Part shown: positions 46,551 through 56,018 of the stretch, one piece after another | How the letters are laid out: each line of letters opens with the position of its first letter | How positions within the stretch are numbered: position 1 is the stretch's first letter | Source: Minisyncoccota bacterium | Lineage (GTDB): Bacteria > Patescibacteriota > Minisyncoccia > Phycocordibacterales > CALRHW01 | Length of the DNA stretch: 64,000 nt | NCBI GenBank assembly: GCA_046350795.1 | Contig: JAXLZT010000001.1 | Coordinates: forward strand, 389,164-453,163 | Direction of reading: 5' to 3' | The notes under the pieces: model-generated | Databases searched by the model: none | Seen by the model: only the letters and a program-made list of their open reading frames with translations | Told to the model about the DNA's origin: nothing | Translations under genes and position numbers: made by a program

Positions 46551-47468
46551 ATGATCCGTAAAAATGGAAGAGGTGGTGGCACTCAGAGCGATACGTCCGA
46601 ACTGCTTCGATTTTTTTCGGGCAAGATTGAGCAATACCCCATTCTTACAAGAGAGGAGGAGGTGGAGCTTTTCAAGCGTATCGAAGCTGGTGACGTACAG
46701 GCAAGAGAAGACCTGGTGTATTCAAACGTACGCATCGTCATTAAGACGGCCTTCGTGTACTGGAATATATCTAGAAAACGTTATGGGCCAATCCATTTCG
46801 CTCTAGATGATCTGGTCCAGGTGGGGTTCACCGGTCTCTATAGGGCCGTTGAGAAGTTTGACTGGCGACGCGGGAACAAGTTTTCCACATACGTCAGTTG
46901 GTGGATTCGTCAGGCGATTTCGAGGCTGATATGCAATACGGGTAACACAATCAGGTTGCCTGTGAATTTGCAGGCACGTATCTCGAAATATCGGAAGACT
47001 GTCATCCGCCTTACCAAGGAACTAGGCCGTACTCCTCATCTAGTAGAGATAGCTGGGAGGATGAAGCTGAGGGTGGATTGTGTCGAAGAACTGATAGCGA
47101 TTACTCAGATTCAACCCATGTCACTCGACGAGCCGTCTTCACCAGAATCTCCAGACAGCACGCTTTTATCTGTTATACCGACCAAGGGTGTTCAGCCATG
47201 GAGAGATGTTCATAGGCAGAATATTCTGGCGTTTAAACAGGAGAAGATCGAGAGGGTGTTGAAATCTCTCACTTCTCAAGAACGTGATGTCATCACATTG
47301 CGCTTTGGTCTTGATGGGCAGGGTGAGCGCACTCTTGGGGAGGTTGGTAAGTTGTACGGTGTTACTCGAGAGCGGATTAGACAGATAGAGGGCAAGGCAC
47401 TTCTCAAACTTCGCGAACGCCACGAAGAAGATCTCGCCGAACTTCTTTTCGAAATGGGCGACAAATGA
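46551..47468 (+). CDS. second sigma70-family sigma factor (group 2-like, no region 1.1), moderately GC-rich
   Basis: Regions 1.2/2 (QYPILTREEEVELFKRIEAGD, FSTYVSWWIRQAISRLI), 3 and 4 ([19 protein letters not shown]). Perfect SD AAAGGAGGTGA. Upstream inverted repeat ATTGACT-N24-AGTCAAT at 46393-46430. Confidence 0.7.
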   Translation: MIRKNGRGGGTQSDTSELLRFFSGKIEQYPILTREEEVELFKRIEAGDVQAREDLVYSNVRIVIKTAFVYWNISRKRYGPIHFALDDLVQVGFTGLYRAVEKFDWRRGNKFSTYVSWWIRQAISRLICNTGNTIRLPVNLQARISKYRKTVIRLTKELGRTPHLVEIAGRMKLRVDCVEELIAITQIQPMSLDEPSSPESPDSTLLSVIPTKGVQPWRDVHRQNILAFKQEKIERVLKSLTSQERDVITLRFGLDGQGERTLGEVGKLYGVTRERIRQIEGKALLKLRERHEEDLAELLFEMGDK

Positions 47469-47469
47469 T

Positions 47470-47512
47470 GAACCATGCGTGAGATTTTTGCGCGTGGTTC
47501 TTTCTTTTCTAA
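47470..47512 (+). terminator. hairpin GAACCATGCG...CGCGTGGTTC followed by TTTCTTTTCT
   Basis: 10-bp stem with island-style tail. Confidence 0.5.
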
Positions 47513-47538
47513 AATAATCACATGATATAATTGCCTCA

Positions 47539-50481
47539 ATGACCTCAAAAAAATTTCAAGAATTATATAAAAGCCTCAACCCCCGCCAAAGAGAGGCTGT
47601 AGATACTATAGAAGGCCCTGTGATGGTCATTGCCGGCCCTGGAACGGGCAAAACGTCTATTCTAACGCTCCGTATTGCAAATATCTTAAAGGAGACTCAA
47701 ACACCCGCTTCGGGCATTTTGGCTATTACTTATACAGAAGCTGGAGTGAAGGCGATGAGAAAAAAACTGCGTGAGATTATTGGTAGCCGATCTGATGATA
47801 TTCGCATCCATACTTTTCATAGCTTTGCTGTGTCTGTCATTCGTGATTTTCCAGATCATTTTCCACATCTTTTTGAAACAGAGCCTGCGACTGATATAGA
47901 AGCAAGAAATTTTATAGAAAAAATTTTACAGAAAAAAGAATTTGCAGATTTACGACCTTTTGGAAAACCTGATATGTATATTGATCCCATCCTTCGTACT
48001 ATCAGTGAAGCCAAAAAAGAAGCGTATACGCCAGAGATGATAAAATCATTTGCCGTAGAAATGATTGCGCAGATACAAAACGATGAAACTCAGATTTCCA
48101 GTCGAGGAAAAACAAAAGGTGAATTGAAGGCTGACGCCAAGAAAAAAATCGAAAAATGTGAAAAAACAATTCTTTTGGCGGATGTGTATGATTTTTATGA
48201 ACAGGCAAAAAAAGAAGCTGAGAAAATTGATTTTGACGATATGATTTTTGAGCTTCAGACAGCGCTCAAGCGTGACGAGCTTCTTTTGCGACTACTTCAA
48301 GAGCAATATTTATATCTGCTCATTGACGAACATCAGGATACTAATGATTCTCAAAATGATCTGATATTGATGATTGCTGACTTTTTTGACACGCCAAACG
48401 TTTTTATCGTTGGTGATGAAAAACAAGCTATTTATCGTTTTCAAGGTGCGTCTGTAGAAAATTTTCTTAAATTTAAAAATATTTGGCGTGACGTCAAACT
48501 CATTCAGCTTGATACAAATTATCGCTCACAACAAAAAATTCTTGATGCCGGATTTCGTCTTATAGAAAATAATTACGAAGAAGGAGAGCACGCCGAGCTT
48601 CGTCTAGAGCTTGCCTCTGGTAAAAAAGATGCTCAGGAGCGCCCTGTAACTATTGTGAAAACTGATAGTATTACCGACTCAGAGGGATATATGGCAAAAA
48701 AGATACAGGAAATACTCACAGATGATTCTTCTGAGATTGCTCTCATTGTGCGTACAAATGCGGCGGTTGGTCGCCTAAAAAGGCTTTGTGAGGGTTATGG
48801 TATTAGAGCGGCAAGTGTGAGAAATGTTGGAATATTTGAACATCCTGCTGGTGGATTATTTTTTGATCTTTTATCTGCGATAAAAAATCCACTCGACAAT
48901 GAGGCGCTTTCTAGGACTGTTGTAGCCGGGTTGTGGGGTGTTTCTTTTGAAGAGCAATTATCTCTTTTAAAAGAAATCCGATCATCTGGAGGTGTAAAAA
49001 AAGGAGCGTTGGCAGAGAAATTAAAAACACTGCGAGATAGTATGCTATCCGGTGATCCTCTCGGTTTTCTATTTGAAGTTGCAGAAACATCTGGATATAT
49101 TGAAAAAATTTCTGTTGAGCCGGAGCGAATAGAGATTTGGCGTGGAATTATTGATTTTGCAGAAACTATTTTAAGAAGTAGGGATAATTTTTCTGACACA
49201 GTCATCCTTATTGATGAGCTTATTTCATACAGAAACCTGTCGGAGCAAAAGCAGGTAAAAGTCTCCTCGGGTGATTCGGATGCGCGCGTAAAAATCATGA
49301 CTGCGCACGGTAGCAAGGGTCTTGAATTTGATTATGTTTTTATTCCTTACGCCACAGAGTCATTTTGGATGAAAAAATCACATTCTTCTTTTTTTGCACT
49401 TCCGTTTGATAAGCCTTCAAAAGATGATGATGTAAAAGATTCTCGAAGACTTTTTTATGTAGCTTTGACGCGCGCCAAAAAACACGTAGAAATTTTAACT
49501 CACAATGAGTTGGAAAACGGTGAAATGGAATTAACACTTCGTTTTATAGATGAGCTTGGAGAAGAAAATATCGAGATAGAAAATATTGGAAAAATGGAGT
49601 TTGTGCCGTATCAGCCACGAAAAACCGGAGAAGAAAAGTTTAGAGCGAGCTATCTTGAGGCAACAAAAAGAGTACTTACAGAAAACGGACTATCTGTGAC
49701 AGCTCTAAATCATTTTTTGACATGTCCCAATAGCTTTTTGTATAAAAGTGTTCTAAAAATCCCAGAGCTTCCGACAGTGGGTTCTGAAAAAGGTAATGCT
49801 ATGCACAAGGCTCTAGCATATGTATTTAGATCTGGGCCGGAATTTAGAAAAGGTCCGCTAGAACAGATTGAAAAGACGATCAAAGAAAAAGCGTTTGAAT
49901 ATTTAGATGATTCTTTTTTGAGAAAGTTTGAAATAGAGGCTTTGAAGCAAACGCTCGAGAATGAGATTCCAAATATAGTTGCGGGACTAAAAGACCTTTT
50001 TACCACTGGTGGAAAGATTAATGTTGAAAAATCTGTAGCGGGGGAAATCGAGGTTGAGATTTCGGGTGGTGCAAAAATCAAGATATTGATACATGGAAAT
50101 CTTGATTTAGTAATATTTGGCGAAAATACATTAGAGGTGTTTGATTTCAAGACAAAAAAGGGTATGACCCAAGCTGAAATAAAGGGGGAGACTAAAAATT
50201 CAGATGGCGGATATTTTAGACAGCTCGTATTTTACACCTTACTTCTTTCTCAAAATCCTGACTCACAAGGAAAGGCAATCAATTCTTCTCTCATATTTTT
50301 GACACCAGACGATCAAGGAAGAATACGTCGAGAATCACTGCCGGTCTCAGCAGAGGATTTGGTCAGTATTAAAGAAAATATAGCCACACTCACAGAAAGT
50401 GTTTTTTCTGGTGCAATTTTGGATAAGGTTTGTGAAGAAGAAAAGTGCCAGTGGTGTGCTTTGAGAAAGATTTCTAGTTAG
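47539..50481 (+). CDS. UvrD/PcrA-family helicase fused to C-terminal RecB-family PD-(D/E)xK nuclease with Cys cluster (AddA/AdnB-like)
   Basis: Walker A AGPGTGKTS plus UvrD helicase motifs. C-terminal nuclease motif GNLDLVIF...EVFDFKTKKG and a Cys cluster near the C-terminus (...VCEEEKCQWCAL). Confidence 0.8.
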   Translation: MTSKKFQELYKSLNPRQREAVDTIEGPVMVIAGPGTGKTSILTLRIANILKETQTPASGILAITYTEAGVKAMRKKLREIIGSRSDDIRIHTFHSFAVSVIRDFPDHFPHLFETEPATDIEARNFIEKILQKKEFADLRPFGKPDMYIDPILRTISEAKKEAYTPEMIKSFAVEMIAQIQNDETQISSRGKTKGELKADAKKKIEKCEKTILLADVYDFYEQAKKEAEKIDFDDMIFELQTALKRDELLLRLLQEQYLYLLIDEHQDTNDSQNDLILMIADFFDTPNVFIVGDEKQAIYRFQGASVENFLKFKNIWRDVKLIQLDTNYRSQQKILDAGFRLIENNYEEGEHAELRLELASGKKDAQERPVTIVKTDSITDSEGYMAKKIQEILTDDSSEIALIVRTNAAVGRLKRLCEGYGIRAASVRNVGIFEHPAGGLFFDLLSAIKNPLDNEALSRTVVAGLWGVSFEEQLSLLKEIRSSGGVKKGALAEKLKTLRDSMLSGDPLGFLFEVAETSGYIEKISVEPERIEIWRGIIDFAETILRSRDNFSDTVILIDELISYRNLSEQKQVKVSSGDSDARVKIMTAHGSKGLEFDYVFIPYATESFWMKKSHSSFFALPFDKPSKDDDVKDSRRLFYVALTRAKKHVEILTHNELENGEMELTLRFIDELGEENIEIENIGKMEFVPYQPRKTGEEKFRASYLEATKRVLTENGLSVTALNHFLTCPNSFLYKSVLKIPELPTVGSEKGNAMHKALAYVFRSGPEFRKGPLEQIEKTIKEKAFEYLDDSFLRKFEIEALKQTLENEIPNIVAGLKDLFTTGGKINVEKSVAGEIEVEISGGAKIKILIHGNLDLVIFGENTLEVFDFKTKKGMTQAEIKGETKNSDGGYFRQLVFYTLLLSQNPDSQGKAINSSLIFLTPDDQGRIRRESLPVSAEDLVSIKENIATLTESVFSGAILDKVCEEEKCQWCALRKISS

Positions 50482-50494
50482 AGTTTTGTTCTCT

Positions 50495-51292
50495 TTACTT
50501 CAAAATCAAATCAATAATAGATTTCATCATTTCATAAGGCATAGCGCCACTTACAAATATTTTTCTCTCATCTTTTGATAGGCCCATAATGTCGGAGCTA
50601 CCAGGTTGTTGCATTTTTAGTATTTCAGCGTTGTTGAAAGCAATGAATTCTTTTAGCTCTTTACTAGGTGCTTTGTTTAAAATAAATATACTATAAGGAG
50701 TGCCTCTTCCACCAATTTTCACAGCTTCTTTATAGTCATTGTCTACTTCTCCTGCAAATTTACCGCTATTTAAACATGTTTCAAAAGCTGTTTTGTCTAG
50801 ACCTACTTGTACTGCAATTTTTGGTAATTCTGCTGGATCTAAACCGTCGTTTGATGTTGTTTTTGCATAGAGGGCATTTATATACTCCCAAAATTTTGCA
50901 TTGCCACCTAGATCAGCTGCACATTCTGTAGCTTCTGCTTCTTTTCTCGCTTTTTTATGTAGTCCATCCAAAGGAAAATGTCTATATACCCAGGTAAATT
51001 TACCGTCTTTTCCGTATTCATCCACAAAACGATTTAGAGTATCATGAAATCTTTTACAGAAAGGACATTCTGTATCTGAGTATTCTACTAGCATTACTTC
51101 AGCATTTGGGTTGCCTACGATATGGTCTGAAGAGTCTATTGGTTTTATGTTTATTTCTATAGCCTGTTTTTCTTTTACTAAAGGGTTTTCTACTACACTA
51201 GTGCTATTTTTGTTACTTAAAATAACTGCTCCACCAATGAGAACGCCAGCCAATATGATAGCTATCGGAATTGTAAGTGTATTTTTCTCCAT
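50495..51292 (-). CDS. DsbA-like thiol:disulfide oxidoreductase, membrane-anchored
   Basis: Thioredoxin-fold CPFC active site following an N-terminal TM anchor. Confidence 0.7.
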   Translation of the reverse strand: MEKNTLTIPIAIILAGVLIGGAVILSNKNSTSVVENPLVKEKQAIEINIKPIDSSDHIVGNPNAEVMLVEYSDTECPFCKRFHDTLNRFVDEYGKDGKFTWVYRHFPLDGLHKKARKEAEATECAADLGGNAKFWEYINALYAKTTSNDGLDPAELPKIAVQVGLDKTAFETCLNSGKFAGEVDNDYKEAVKIGGRGTPYSIFILNKAPSKELKEFIAFNNAEILKMQQPGSSDIMGLSKDERKIFVSGAMPYEMMKSIIDLILK

Positions 51293-51351
51293 GATTTAAC
51301 TCTTATTATTAATTTCACTTATTGTATCACAGATGTTATTCTGATGTGTAT

Positions 51352-52158
51352 ATGGACATTTTTTCTGCCATTTTGCTTGGTGTGGTACAGGGTGTGACCG
51401 AGTTTTTACCCATCTCTTCTTCTGGGCATTTGATTGTAATGCGTGATTTGCTTGGTTTGAAGATTGGAGGATCGCTTGCTTTTGATGCTGTGCTTCAGCT
51501 CGCTACGTCACTCGCTGTGTTGCTTTATTTTTGGAAAGATCTTGTGGCTCTTGTGCGAGTCAGAGATGTGAAAAACAAAACTCTAGTGTGGGCAATATTG
51601 GTCGGTACTATACCGGCCGTGCTGGTGGGTTTTCTATTTGAAGATAAAATAGATGTACTTTTTAGAAACTCACACACTGTAGCGTGGGCCCTTATTGTTG
51701 GTAGTATTTTATTTTTTATTGCGGAAAGATATTCAAAATCTTGTGAGCGAAAAAGTGCGGATATGAAAGACATTGATGCTACATGCGCACCGCATGGGAT
51801 TTCGGTGAAAAGGGGATTTATCGTGGGTTGTTTTCAGGTGTTAGCACTAATACCTGGTATGTCACGTTCAGGCTCTACTATTTCTGGGGGGTTACTTTTA
51901 AATATAAAAAGAGAAGATGCTGTGAGATTTAGTTTCCTACTTTCTTTACCAATTTTGCTTGGGTCGGGTTTAAAAAAGTTATTGGATTTGGGTGGCAATG
52001 GGGGAATAGATATACCACTCGTAGTTGGTTCTGTCGTCGCTTTTGTGGTTGGCCTTGCTTCAATTCATTTTTTAATTATTTATTTGCGTAGACACACCCT
52101 CAATGCTTTTATTATTTATCGTATTCTGCTCGCGTTGGCGATTTTTATATTTTTTTAA
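51352..52158 (+). CDS. uppP: undecaprenyl-diphosphate phosphatase
   Basis: MDIFSAILLGVVQGVTEFLPISSSGHL N-terminal signature. Start moved to the internal Met. Confidence 0.85.
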   Translation: MDIFSAILLGVVQGVTEFLPISSSGHLIVMRDLLGLKIGGSLAFDAVLQLATSLAVLLYFWKDLVALVRVRDVKNKTLVWAILVGTIPAVLVGFLFEDKIDVLFRNSHTVAWALIVGSILFFIAERYSKSCERKSADMKDIDATCAPHGISVKRGFIVGCFQVLALIPGMSRSGSTISGGLLLNIKREDAVRFSFLLSLPILLGSGLKKLLDLGGNGGIDIPLVVGSVVAFVVGLASIHFLIIYLRRHTLNAFIIYRILLALAIFIFF

Positions 52159-52164
52159 TTAATG

Positions 52165-52193
52165 TTGACATTGGGCTGTATAGTGTGTATAAA
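52165..52193 (+). promoter_or_regulatory. consensus sigma70 promoter TTGACA-17-TATAAA
   Basis: Perfect -35 and a 17-bp spacer. Palindrome TACCGA-TTGTG-TCGGTA at 52206-52222 in the 5'UTR. Confidence 0.5.
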
Positions 52194-52255
52194 TTGTTTT
52201 GGAAGTACCGATTGTGTCGGTATTTAGGGGTACAAACTTAACGGAGATTTAGTCC

Positions 52256-52759
52256 ATGACGAAGACGTCATTAAAGTTTCGTGTCCGAACTCACGGGATT
52301 GTGGTTGATGTTCGACAAGACAGCAAGTGGGTCAATGCAATTTCTGTGATGGCCGTCATGCGTCCCGGCTCTTTTGATGTGAGCCGGGTAGGCGGACTCT
52401 ATCCTCCCGTTGGTAATGGGATGATCAAGAAGAGCCTCACTCTGCTGAATTTCCCAGAAGGTGACGGTGGTTTGGACAGTGCTGTTGTTTGGGCCAAGGA
52501 TAATGGCCTGAAAACAGTCGAACCACGTTCACTTTTTGCCATCAAGACGGCACACCCCGGACTTCACAAGAAGATCGGTCAGGGTGGGGTAGTTCTCGTG
52601 GAGACTGTCGGATGTACGCTGAATCATACTGGCTTCCCTGACAAACGCCATCTGTGTTGCGTTGTCTTGGGGGACGGTGTGCCCGCTGTCGGACTGTTTC
52701 CGGTCAACCAATTCAACGGCTTTGGTAGCCACGACACCTGGTTTGTGTTTAGTGACTAG
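52256..52759 (+). CDS. GC-rich hypothetical protein (167 aa)
   Basis: ORF flanked by its own consensus promoter and terminator. No recognisable motif. Confidence 0.5.
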   Translation: MTKTSLKFRVRTHGIVVDVRQDSKWVNAISVMAVMRPGSFDVSRVGGLYPPVGNGMIKKSLTLLNFPEGDGGLDSAVVWAKDNGLKTVEPRSLFAIKTAHPGLHKKIGQGGVVLVETVGCTLNHTGFPDKRHLCCVVLGDGVPAVGLFPVNQFNGFGSHDTWFVFSD

Positions 52760-52795
52760 TGTGTTGGCACCAGAAACCAGACTTCAGTCTCACTT

Positions 52796-52840
52796 CCGCG
52801 CGAGCGCCTCATGGCCCTCGCGCGGTTTCTATTTTCTATA
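52796..52840 (+). terminator. hairpin CCGCGCGAG...CTCGCGCGG followed by TTTCTATTTTC
   Basis: 9-bp GC stem. Confidence 0.55.
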
Positions 52841-52854
52841 TTTTTTGTCAGAAA

Positions 52855-53439
52855 TTAAAAAGGCAGGGTAAAAGTCATTCCTGCACCAGAATCTTCAGAT
52901 TTTTTATCCCAATGTTTTGTATCAAGTTTTATTTCCATTACTACACCACCCTCCTTAAACTTTAAACCATTGTTTTTTATTGCGTATTCAAAGACATCTT
53001 TCGTAATTTTCACATCATCAAGGCAGTATTTTTTCACTTTTTCTTTTTCACCTTTTCGCCACCATTCTACAGCTTCAAGCCCGTGCCCAGATTTTTTTAT
53101 ACCCAAAGTTGCCTCGGCTATTTGGTCGAGTTTCATTCTGCGTCCGAAAGAGTTTTTTATTTCTTTGAGTATGTCTAGATGTTGTATTTTTGCTAAATCA
53201 CCAGCGTAGTATTTGTTTAAAAGGGGTAAGTCAAAGTGTTCAGAATTGAAACCAATGAGTAGATCAGCTTTTTCTAAAATAGGCCAAAGTTGCCCAAACT
53301 CCTCTTTCTCAAAAGTGGAGTAGGTGTCGGATTCATAATCGTATATTCCAACAATAGAAATATCTAAAAGAGAGGGATCGTTTTTACCAACATCAGAAAA
53401 AATATTGCTTGTTTCAATATCAAATACTACTTTTTTCAT
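52855..53439 (-). CDS. DEDD-family 3'-5' exonuclease (DnaQ-like)
   Basis: Exo I motif VVFDIETS. RNase H-like fold size. Confidence 0.6.
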   Translation of the reverse strand: MKKVVFDIETSNIFSDVGKNDPSLLDISIVGIYDYESDTYSTFEKEEFGQLWPILEKADLLIGFNSEHFDLPLLNKYYAGDLAKIQHLDILKEIKNSFGRRMKLDQIAEATLGIKKSGHGLEAVEWWRKGEKEKVKKYCLDDVKITKDVFEYAIKNNGLKFKEGGVVMEIKLDTKHWDKKSEDSGAGMTFTLPF

Positions 53440-53440
53440 A

Positions 53441-54730
53441 TTATCTGATTATAAAATCTGCTATTTTTTCTGATTCTTCTAATCCAAAATCTGTCTCTTC
53501 GCGAGTTGTGAGATTTTTAATTTTGATTTTTTTATCTTGAGATTCTTTGTTTCCTATGATTACCAAAAAAGGAATTTTGTCATTTAGAGCTTTTTTTATT
53601 TGGTCACCAACATTTTTGCCTGTGTAGTCTATAGCTGTATTTAAACCCTGTGCACGTAGAGAATCAGCAAAATTTTGTGCCACTCCAAAGGCATCGTCAA
53701 TGACGCCAATGTATAGGTCTGTTGCAGATTTGAATTCAGGCAAAAGGCCGTGAGTTTCTAGAAAATCTCTCACGGTCACATCACCAGCGCCAAATCCTAC
53801 AGCTGGCACTTTGTCATTACCAAAAAGTGAAAGTAAATCGTCGTATCTTCCGCCACCAAAGAGTGATCGTCGATTTTCAGGGTTGGTATCAAATATTTCA
53901 AATACAATGCCGGTATAATAGTCTAATCCGCGCACTACAGTAGCATCAAAGACCACGTTTTGAATTCCCAAAGATGCAAGTCCGTCTATTAAATTGACTA
54001 AATTTTTGACCAAAGGGTTGTCTTCTCCGAGAACCTCAATCAATTTTTTGTTTGATTCTATTACATTCAAAAATTCTTCTACATGAGAATCTTTTTTAAA
54101 TATACCTCCAAGCATTTCCTTGAAAACTTCTACCGTGCTTTTTGCCTTTTTATCTATAGCTTTTGAAACTTTGTATATTTCTTCTTCGCTTAGTTCAAAT
54201 TTTTCATAAAGGGCGTTCATGATGCGACGATCATTGATGCGGATTTCAAAATCGCTGTCTTTTGCGCCAAAATTTTTCATTAGTCTGTGAGCGACGACAA
54301 GTATTTCTTTTTCTGCTTCATTATTTTCTACGCCAAAAATATCTACGTTGAGTTGCCAGTGTTCACGTAGTCGTCCGCGCTGAGGTTGTTCGTATCTGAA
54401 AAGATTTGGAATAGAATACCAGCGCAAAGGATAGGAGAGTTCGCGCTTTTTTGCTGCTACCATGCGTGCGACTGTTGGCGTCATTTCTGGACGCAAAGTC
54501 ACATCTCTATCACCTCTGTCTTTAAAAGAATATGTTTGGTTGTTTACTATTTCTTCACCCGATTTTGCTTGATAGAGCTCTGATGGTTCTAATACAGAGG
54601 CGCTGTATTCGCTATAACCAAAGCTTTCTACTGTCTCTCGCATTTTCTCAAATATGTAGTTTTGCACGTACATGTCCTCTGGATAGAAGTCGCGGACACC
54701 TTTGTATGAATCGGTCGAAATTTTCTTCAT
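53441..54730 (-). CDS. hisS: histidyl-tRNA synthetase
   Basis: Class II motifs and HisRS N-terminus KGVRDFYPED. Confidence 0.9.
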   Translation of the reverse strand: MKKISTDSYKGVRDFYPEDMYVQNYIFEKMRETVESFGYSEYSASVLEPSELYQAKSGEEIVNNQTYSFKDRGDRDVTLRPEMTPTVARMVAAKKRELSYPLRWYSIPNLFRYEQPQRGRLREHWQLNVDIFGVENNEAEKEILVVAHRLMKNFGAKDSDFEIRINDRRIMNALYEKFELSEEEIYKVSKAIDKKAKSTVEVFKEMLGGIFKKDSHVEEFLNVIESNKKLIEVLGEDNPLVKNLVNLIDGLASLGIQNVVFDATVVRGLDYYTGIVFEIFDTNPENRRSLFGGGRYDDLLSLFGNDKVPAVGFGAGDVTVRDFLETHGLLPEFKSATDLYIGVIDDAFGVAQNFADSLRAQGLNTAIDYTGKNVGDQIKKALNDKIPFLVIIGNKESQDKKIKIKNLTTREETDFGLEESEKIADFIIR

Positions 54731-54768
54731 GGGTTAAATTGTAGCTAAAATCGTGATATTCTACAAGA

Positions 54769-55515
54769 ATGTCTATTTTCCCAATAAACAAAAATCTGGG
54801 CGAAACGCCCCTAGAAGCACTCAATCATCTGCGTATAGAGCGACCAGAATACAAAGATAGTCCGATGACATATGCTGGCAGGCTCGACCCAATGGCCGAA
54901 GGCGTGCTTTTAGTGCTGACGGATGAAGACAATACTCGTCGTGAGGAATTTTTAGGCTTGGAAAAAGAATATGAATTTGATGTCCTTTGGGGTGTCGAGA
55001 CTGACACATATGATGTACTTGGCAAAATTGTCGCAGAGAAAATCCCTGCGGTTTTTGATAAAAAAGAATTCACAAAGATGATTGAAAAATATACAGGAAT
55101 ATACAATCAGCCGTATCCGCCGTATTCATCTCAGCCGGTAAATGGCAAACCACTTTTTGCATGGGCTCGCGAAGGGCGACTCGGTGAAATAGAAATTCCA
55201 AGTAAAGAAATAGATATTAAAAAACTCGAACACGTGGGCGACAGACGCATCATCACTGCAGATTTAAAAGAAAAAATACTTGGCAATATTGCGCTAGTGA
55301 AGGGGGATTTTCGACAAAAAGAAATCGTGGATCTGTGGCAGAAATTTTTCTCCAAGCATCCAAGCGCTATTTTTACTTTTTCTACATTCCGCGCGACTGT
55401 GACTAGCGGGGCATATATGCGTGGGCTGGCGCATACTTTTGGGCGCGAGCTTGGATGTGGTGGTTTGGCTTTAAAAATCATCCGCACAAGAGTGGGGAAA
55501 TATCAGAAAGACTAA
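54769..55515 (+). CDS. truB: tRNA pseudouridine55 synthase (TruB family)
   Basis: Catalytic motif TYAGRLDPMAEGVLLVL. Confidence 0.8.
   Translation: MSIFPINKNLGETPLEALNHLRIERPEYKDSPMTYAGRLDPMAEGVLLVLTDEDNTRREEFLGLEKEYEFDVLWGVETDTYDVLGKIVAEKIPAVFDKKEFTKMIEKYTGIYNQPYPPYSSQPVNGKPLFAWAREGRLGEIEIPSKEIDIKKLEHVGDRRIITADLKEKILGNIALVKGDFRQKEIVDLWQKFFSKHPSAIFTFSTFRATVTSGAYMRGLAHTFGRELGCGGLALKIIRTRVGKYQKD
55376..55430. repeat. 55-bp segment of the truB 3' coding region, copy 1 of a direct repeat (copy 2 at 55836-55890)
   Basis: tttttctacattccgcgcgactgtgactagcggggcatatatgcgtgg(g)ctggc occurs twice, about 460 bp apart, with one indel. Confidence 0.8.
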
Positions 55516-55544
55516 TTTCGAAGCGGATGTTTTTCGGGGTGGGG

Positions 55545-55573
55545 TTGACATTATTTTTTTTGTATGTTAGTAT
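55545..55573 (+). promoter_or_regulatory. sigma70-like promoter TTGACA-17-TAGTAT
   Basis: Located in an AT-rich stretch just after the truB stop codon. Confidence 0.4.
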
Positions 55574-55579
55574 CTGTCT

Positions 55580-55843
55580 CAGAACATTCTGATGCTGTCT
55601 TTGGTACTATACGGCTGATCCCCGTATAGACCGGTGGTAGTCAACCCACCCGATAGATAATGGTAAGATAGCAAGCTAGTATTGGGCATCACGTTGCAAA
55701 AGAAAACTTCGTGAGCCGGTGGTAGTCAACCCACCTAGTGAGAAAAAGTATGGCAGTGCTTTATCTCATCGACTTGTCTCAAAAACAAGTCAACAACAAG
55801 TCTGCCAACACAAACACCACGCACATGTGGTGTTTTTCTTTTT
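55580..55843 (+). ncRNA. candidate about 260-nt noncoding RNA with two identical stem-loops, ending at an intrinsic terminator
   Basis: No ORF of 60 aa or more. The 20-nt element CCGGTGGTAGTCAACCCACC (hairpin GGTGG-tagtcaac-CCACC) occurs at 55631 and 55705. Terminator ACACCAC-GCACAT-GTGGTGT plus TTTTTCTTTTTC at 55813-55843. Confidence 0.35.
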
Positions 55844-55890
55844 CTACATTCCGCGCGACTGTGACTAGCGGGGCATATATGCGTGGCTGG
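55836..55890. repeat. copy 2 of the 55-bp truB-derived direct repeat
   Basis: See copy 1. Begins with the T-tail of the ncRNA terminator. Confidence 0.8.
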
Positions 55891-55938
55891 CTTTTAGAAT
55901 ATTAAGAAAAAGAGTAGGGAATTATATTTCGGAATAAT

Positions 55939-55967
55939 TTGACTTTTTTAAATATTACTGATTAAAT
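55939..55967 (+). promoter_or_regulatory. sigma70-like promoter TTGACT-17-TTAAAT
   Basis: Upstream of the 164-aa island ORF. Confidence 0.4.
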
Positions 55968-56018
55968 GTTGGAGACGTTCTTAATGTTCGACCAATGTCC
56001 ATCAACTCAGGAGGTGTC

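Noticed and set aside
55749-55901. 50-codon ORF reading through the ncRNA terminator into the duplicated truB segment
   Set aside because: Weak SD and it crosses a strong terminator hairpin. Its in-frame reuse of truB codons is most simply a by-product of the duplication. Mentioned only as a curiosity.
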